Below are positions 62,056 through 64,000 of a DNA stretch of 64,000 nucleotides, in pieces. Origin of the DNA: Pristiophorus japonicus (Eukaryota); contig NW_027252691.1 of the NCBI RefSeq assembly GCF_044704955.1, positions 186,001-250,000 of the forward strand, in the 5' to 3' direction. Every line of letters starts with the position of its first letter. The first letter of the stretch is position 1. The notes under the pieces were generated by a model that had not been told where the DNA came from, did no database searches, and saw nothing but the letters and a program-made list of their open reading frames with translations. Made by a program: the position numbers and the translations under genes.

Positions 62056-64000
62056 ACACCCGCACCCCCCCCCCCAAAGTCAATAGTGTAACTATTTACA
62101 ATGTGAGTTGATCTGGGGCCCTTCTTGCCCTGGTTGATTGTCTCTGTGTGAAAGCTGGTGTTGTTAAATCATTTGTTGGGCCCTCGCTGGGCTGCTGTGC
62201 AGCTGGCCTTGCTGGGCTGCCTGGTGTGTTGGGCCCTGCTGGGCTGCTGTGCAGCTGGCCTTGCTGGGCTGCCTGGTGTGTTGGGCCCAGCAGGGCTGCT
62301 GTGGATGATGGGTTCTGCTTCATGGCCAACCATGGTGCCAGTTACCACTGGTGTGTATGTTGGGGGATCAAAAAGGTAGGGTCCAAGGTGGGTTGCTCAG
62401 GGTAGTCCGTGAATCTGAGTTTGATTTGGTCCAAGTGTTTCCGGTGAATGAGTCCATTTGAAAGTTTGATCTGAAACACCCTGCTCCCCTCTTTGGCCAC
62501 GACAATGCCGGGAAGCCACTTGGGACCTTGCGTCATGTAGGGTGAAGTCAGATCCAGCTTCATGAACGTCTTTCCTCCCGCCAGCATTGCAAAGAGGGCG
62601 TCGGCCTTTGGTAGTGGGTATTGGTCCTGAAGAGAGAAACGATTGATAGTTACTTTGTAATCGCCACAGATTCTGACGGTGCCGTCTTCCTTGAGGACTG
62701 GGACGATAGGACTGGCCCACTCGTTGAACTCGATCGGGGAAATGATGCCCTCTCTTTGCAGCCGGCCTAGCTCGATCTTTACCCTTTCTCTCATCATGTA
62801 CGGTACTGCTCTCGCCTTGTGATGGATGGGTCGCGTCCCCGGAATTAGGTGGATCTGCACTTTTGCTCCTTGGAATTTCCCGATGCCTGGTTCAAACAGC
62901 AAAGGAAATTTGTTTAAGACTTGGGCACATGAAGTGTCGTCAGTGGGCAATAGCACTCAGATGTCGTCCCAGTTGCAGCATATCTTTCTCAGCCAAGCAG
63001 CGTGGGATCATCACCCGGTACCACCCAGAGTGGTAGCTTGTGCACCGCTCCATCGTAGGAGACCGTTACGGTAGCACTGCCGATTACAGGAATCAGTTCT
63101 TTCGTGTAAGTGCTTAGTTTTGTGCGAATTGGAGTTAAGACTGGCCTTGAGGCCTTTTTGCACCACAACCTTTTGAAAGTTTTTTTGCCCATGATGGACT
63201 GGCTCGCGGCCGTGTCCAGCTCCATTGACACCGGGAGTCCATTTAGTTCAACATTCAGCATTATCGGGGGACAATTCGTGGTGAATGTGTGCACCCCATG
63301 TATCTCTGTCTCCTCGGTCTGAGACTCTGGTTCGTCGTGATCCTCCGTGGATCTGTCCTCCTCTGCAACGTGGTGGTTTGCAGGTTTAACAGGCTTTGCA
63401 GCTCACCTGCGCACTCGTTGGAGGTGTCCCATTGTTCCACAGCCCTTGCAAACGTATCCTTTGAATCGGCATGAATGGAAACGATGATCACCCCCGCAGC
63501 GCCAACAAGGTGTTAATGGCCTTGCATTCATCACCCTTGATGAGGGACTCTGAGACATCTGTGGATGTGCAGCTGCAGGTATGTGTGACCTGCCCTGTAC
63601 GTTACGATTTGAAAACAACATCACTTTGTTCACAGTACTTGTAGCAGCACTTGTGTGCTGAGAGATTTACTTCGTATTGTCACTGGTGGCAATGAACGCC
63701 TGGGCTATCGCTATGGCCTTACGCAAGGTTGGGGTCTCGACAGTCAAAAGTTTGCGAAGTGTGGTTTCGTGGCCAATACCAAGTATGAAAAAGTCTCTGA
63801 GCATGTGCTCCAAATGTCCTTCAAATTCGCAATGTCCTGCAAGGCGTCTTAGCTCAGCGACATAACTCACCACTTCCTTTTGTAGGTGTAGAACCAGTAC
63901 CTCACCATCAGAACGCTTTCCTTTGGGTTCAAATGCTCTAGGACCAGTGTGCACAAATCATCGTATGATTTCTCTGTGGGTTTCACTGGAGTGAGCAGAT
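62056..64000 (-). mobile_element. Ty3/Gypsy (Mag-like) internal region, degenerate and internally deleted; runs off right edge
   Basis: Gag (YVAELRRLA..CEF, LRDFF, CWRCGGDH..C, CKGCGTMGHL), protease MELDTAAS, RT N-terminus (WASPIVPVLK, RICGDYK, KLDL), integrase C-terminus (GPKWLPG, RKHLDQ). Confidence 0.93.

Overview
Repeat-saturated vertebrate genomic DNA, almost certainly from a cartilaginous fish (shark-type CR1, RTE, L2, Deu-domain SINE and Gypsy elements plus a shark-type IgH V segment). About half the window is tandem repeat: a 43-45 bp satellite (1-19010), a 56 bp satellite (35928-47337) and 87, 27 and 21 bp minisatellites. The only host gene seen is one apparently intact minus-strand immunoglobulin heavy-chain V segment (IgW-like; leader exon, V exon, canonical 23-RSS) in a 0.9 kb island between two CR1 copies, with no D/J/C visible in about 24 kb downstream. 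The most unusual element is a very young 6.3 kb LTR provirus (48013-54289, minus strand; 672 bp near-identical LTRs, 5 bp TSD, tRNA-Ser PBS, PPT) with no recognisable gag or pol but a spliced, lightly disrupted envelope gene whose layout resembles paramyxo/pneumovirus F proteins (lokiretrovirus-like) rather than classical SU-TM Env. Four of the five tandem arrays appear to have been seeded from retroelement ends or junctions that are still visible next to them. The right end is a multi-level nest of CR1 and Gypsy insertions. Family assignments are from motif recognition only; no database search was run.
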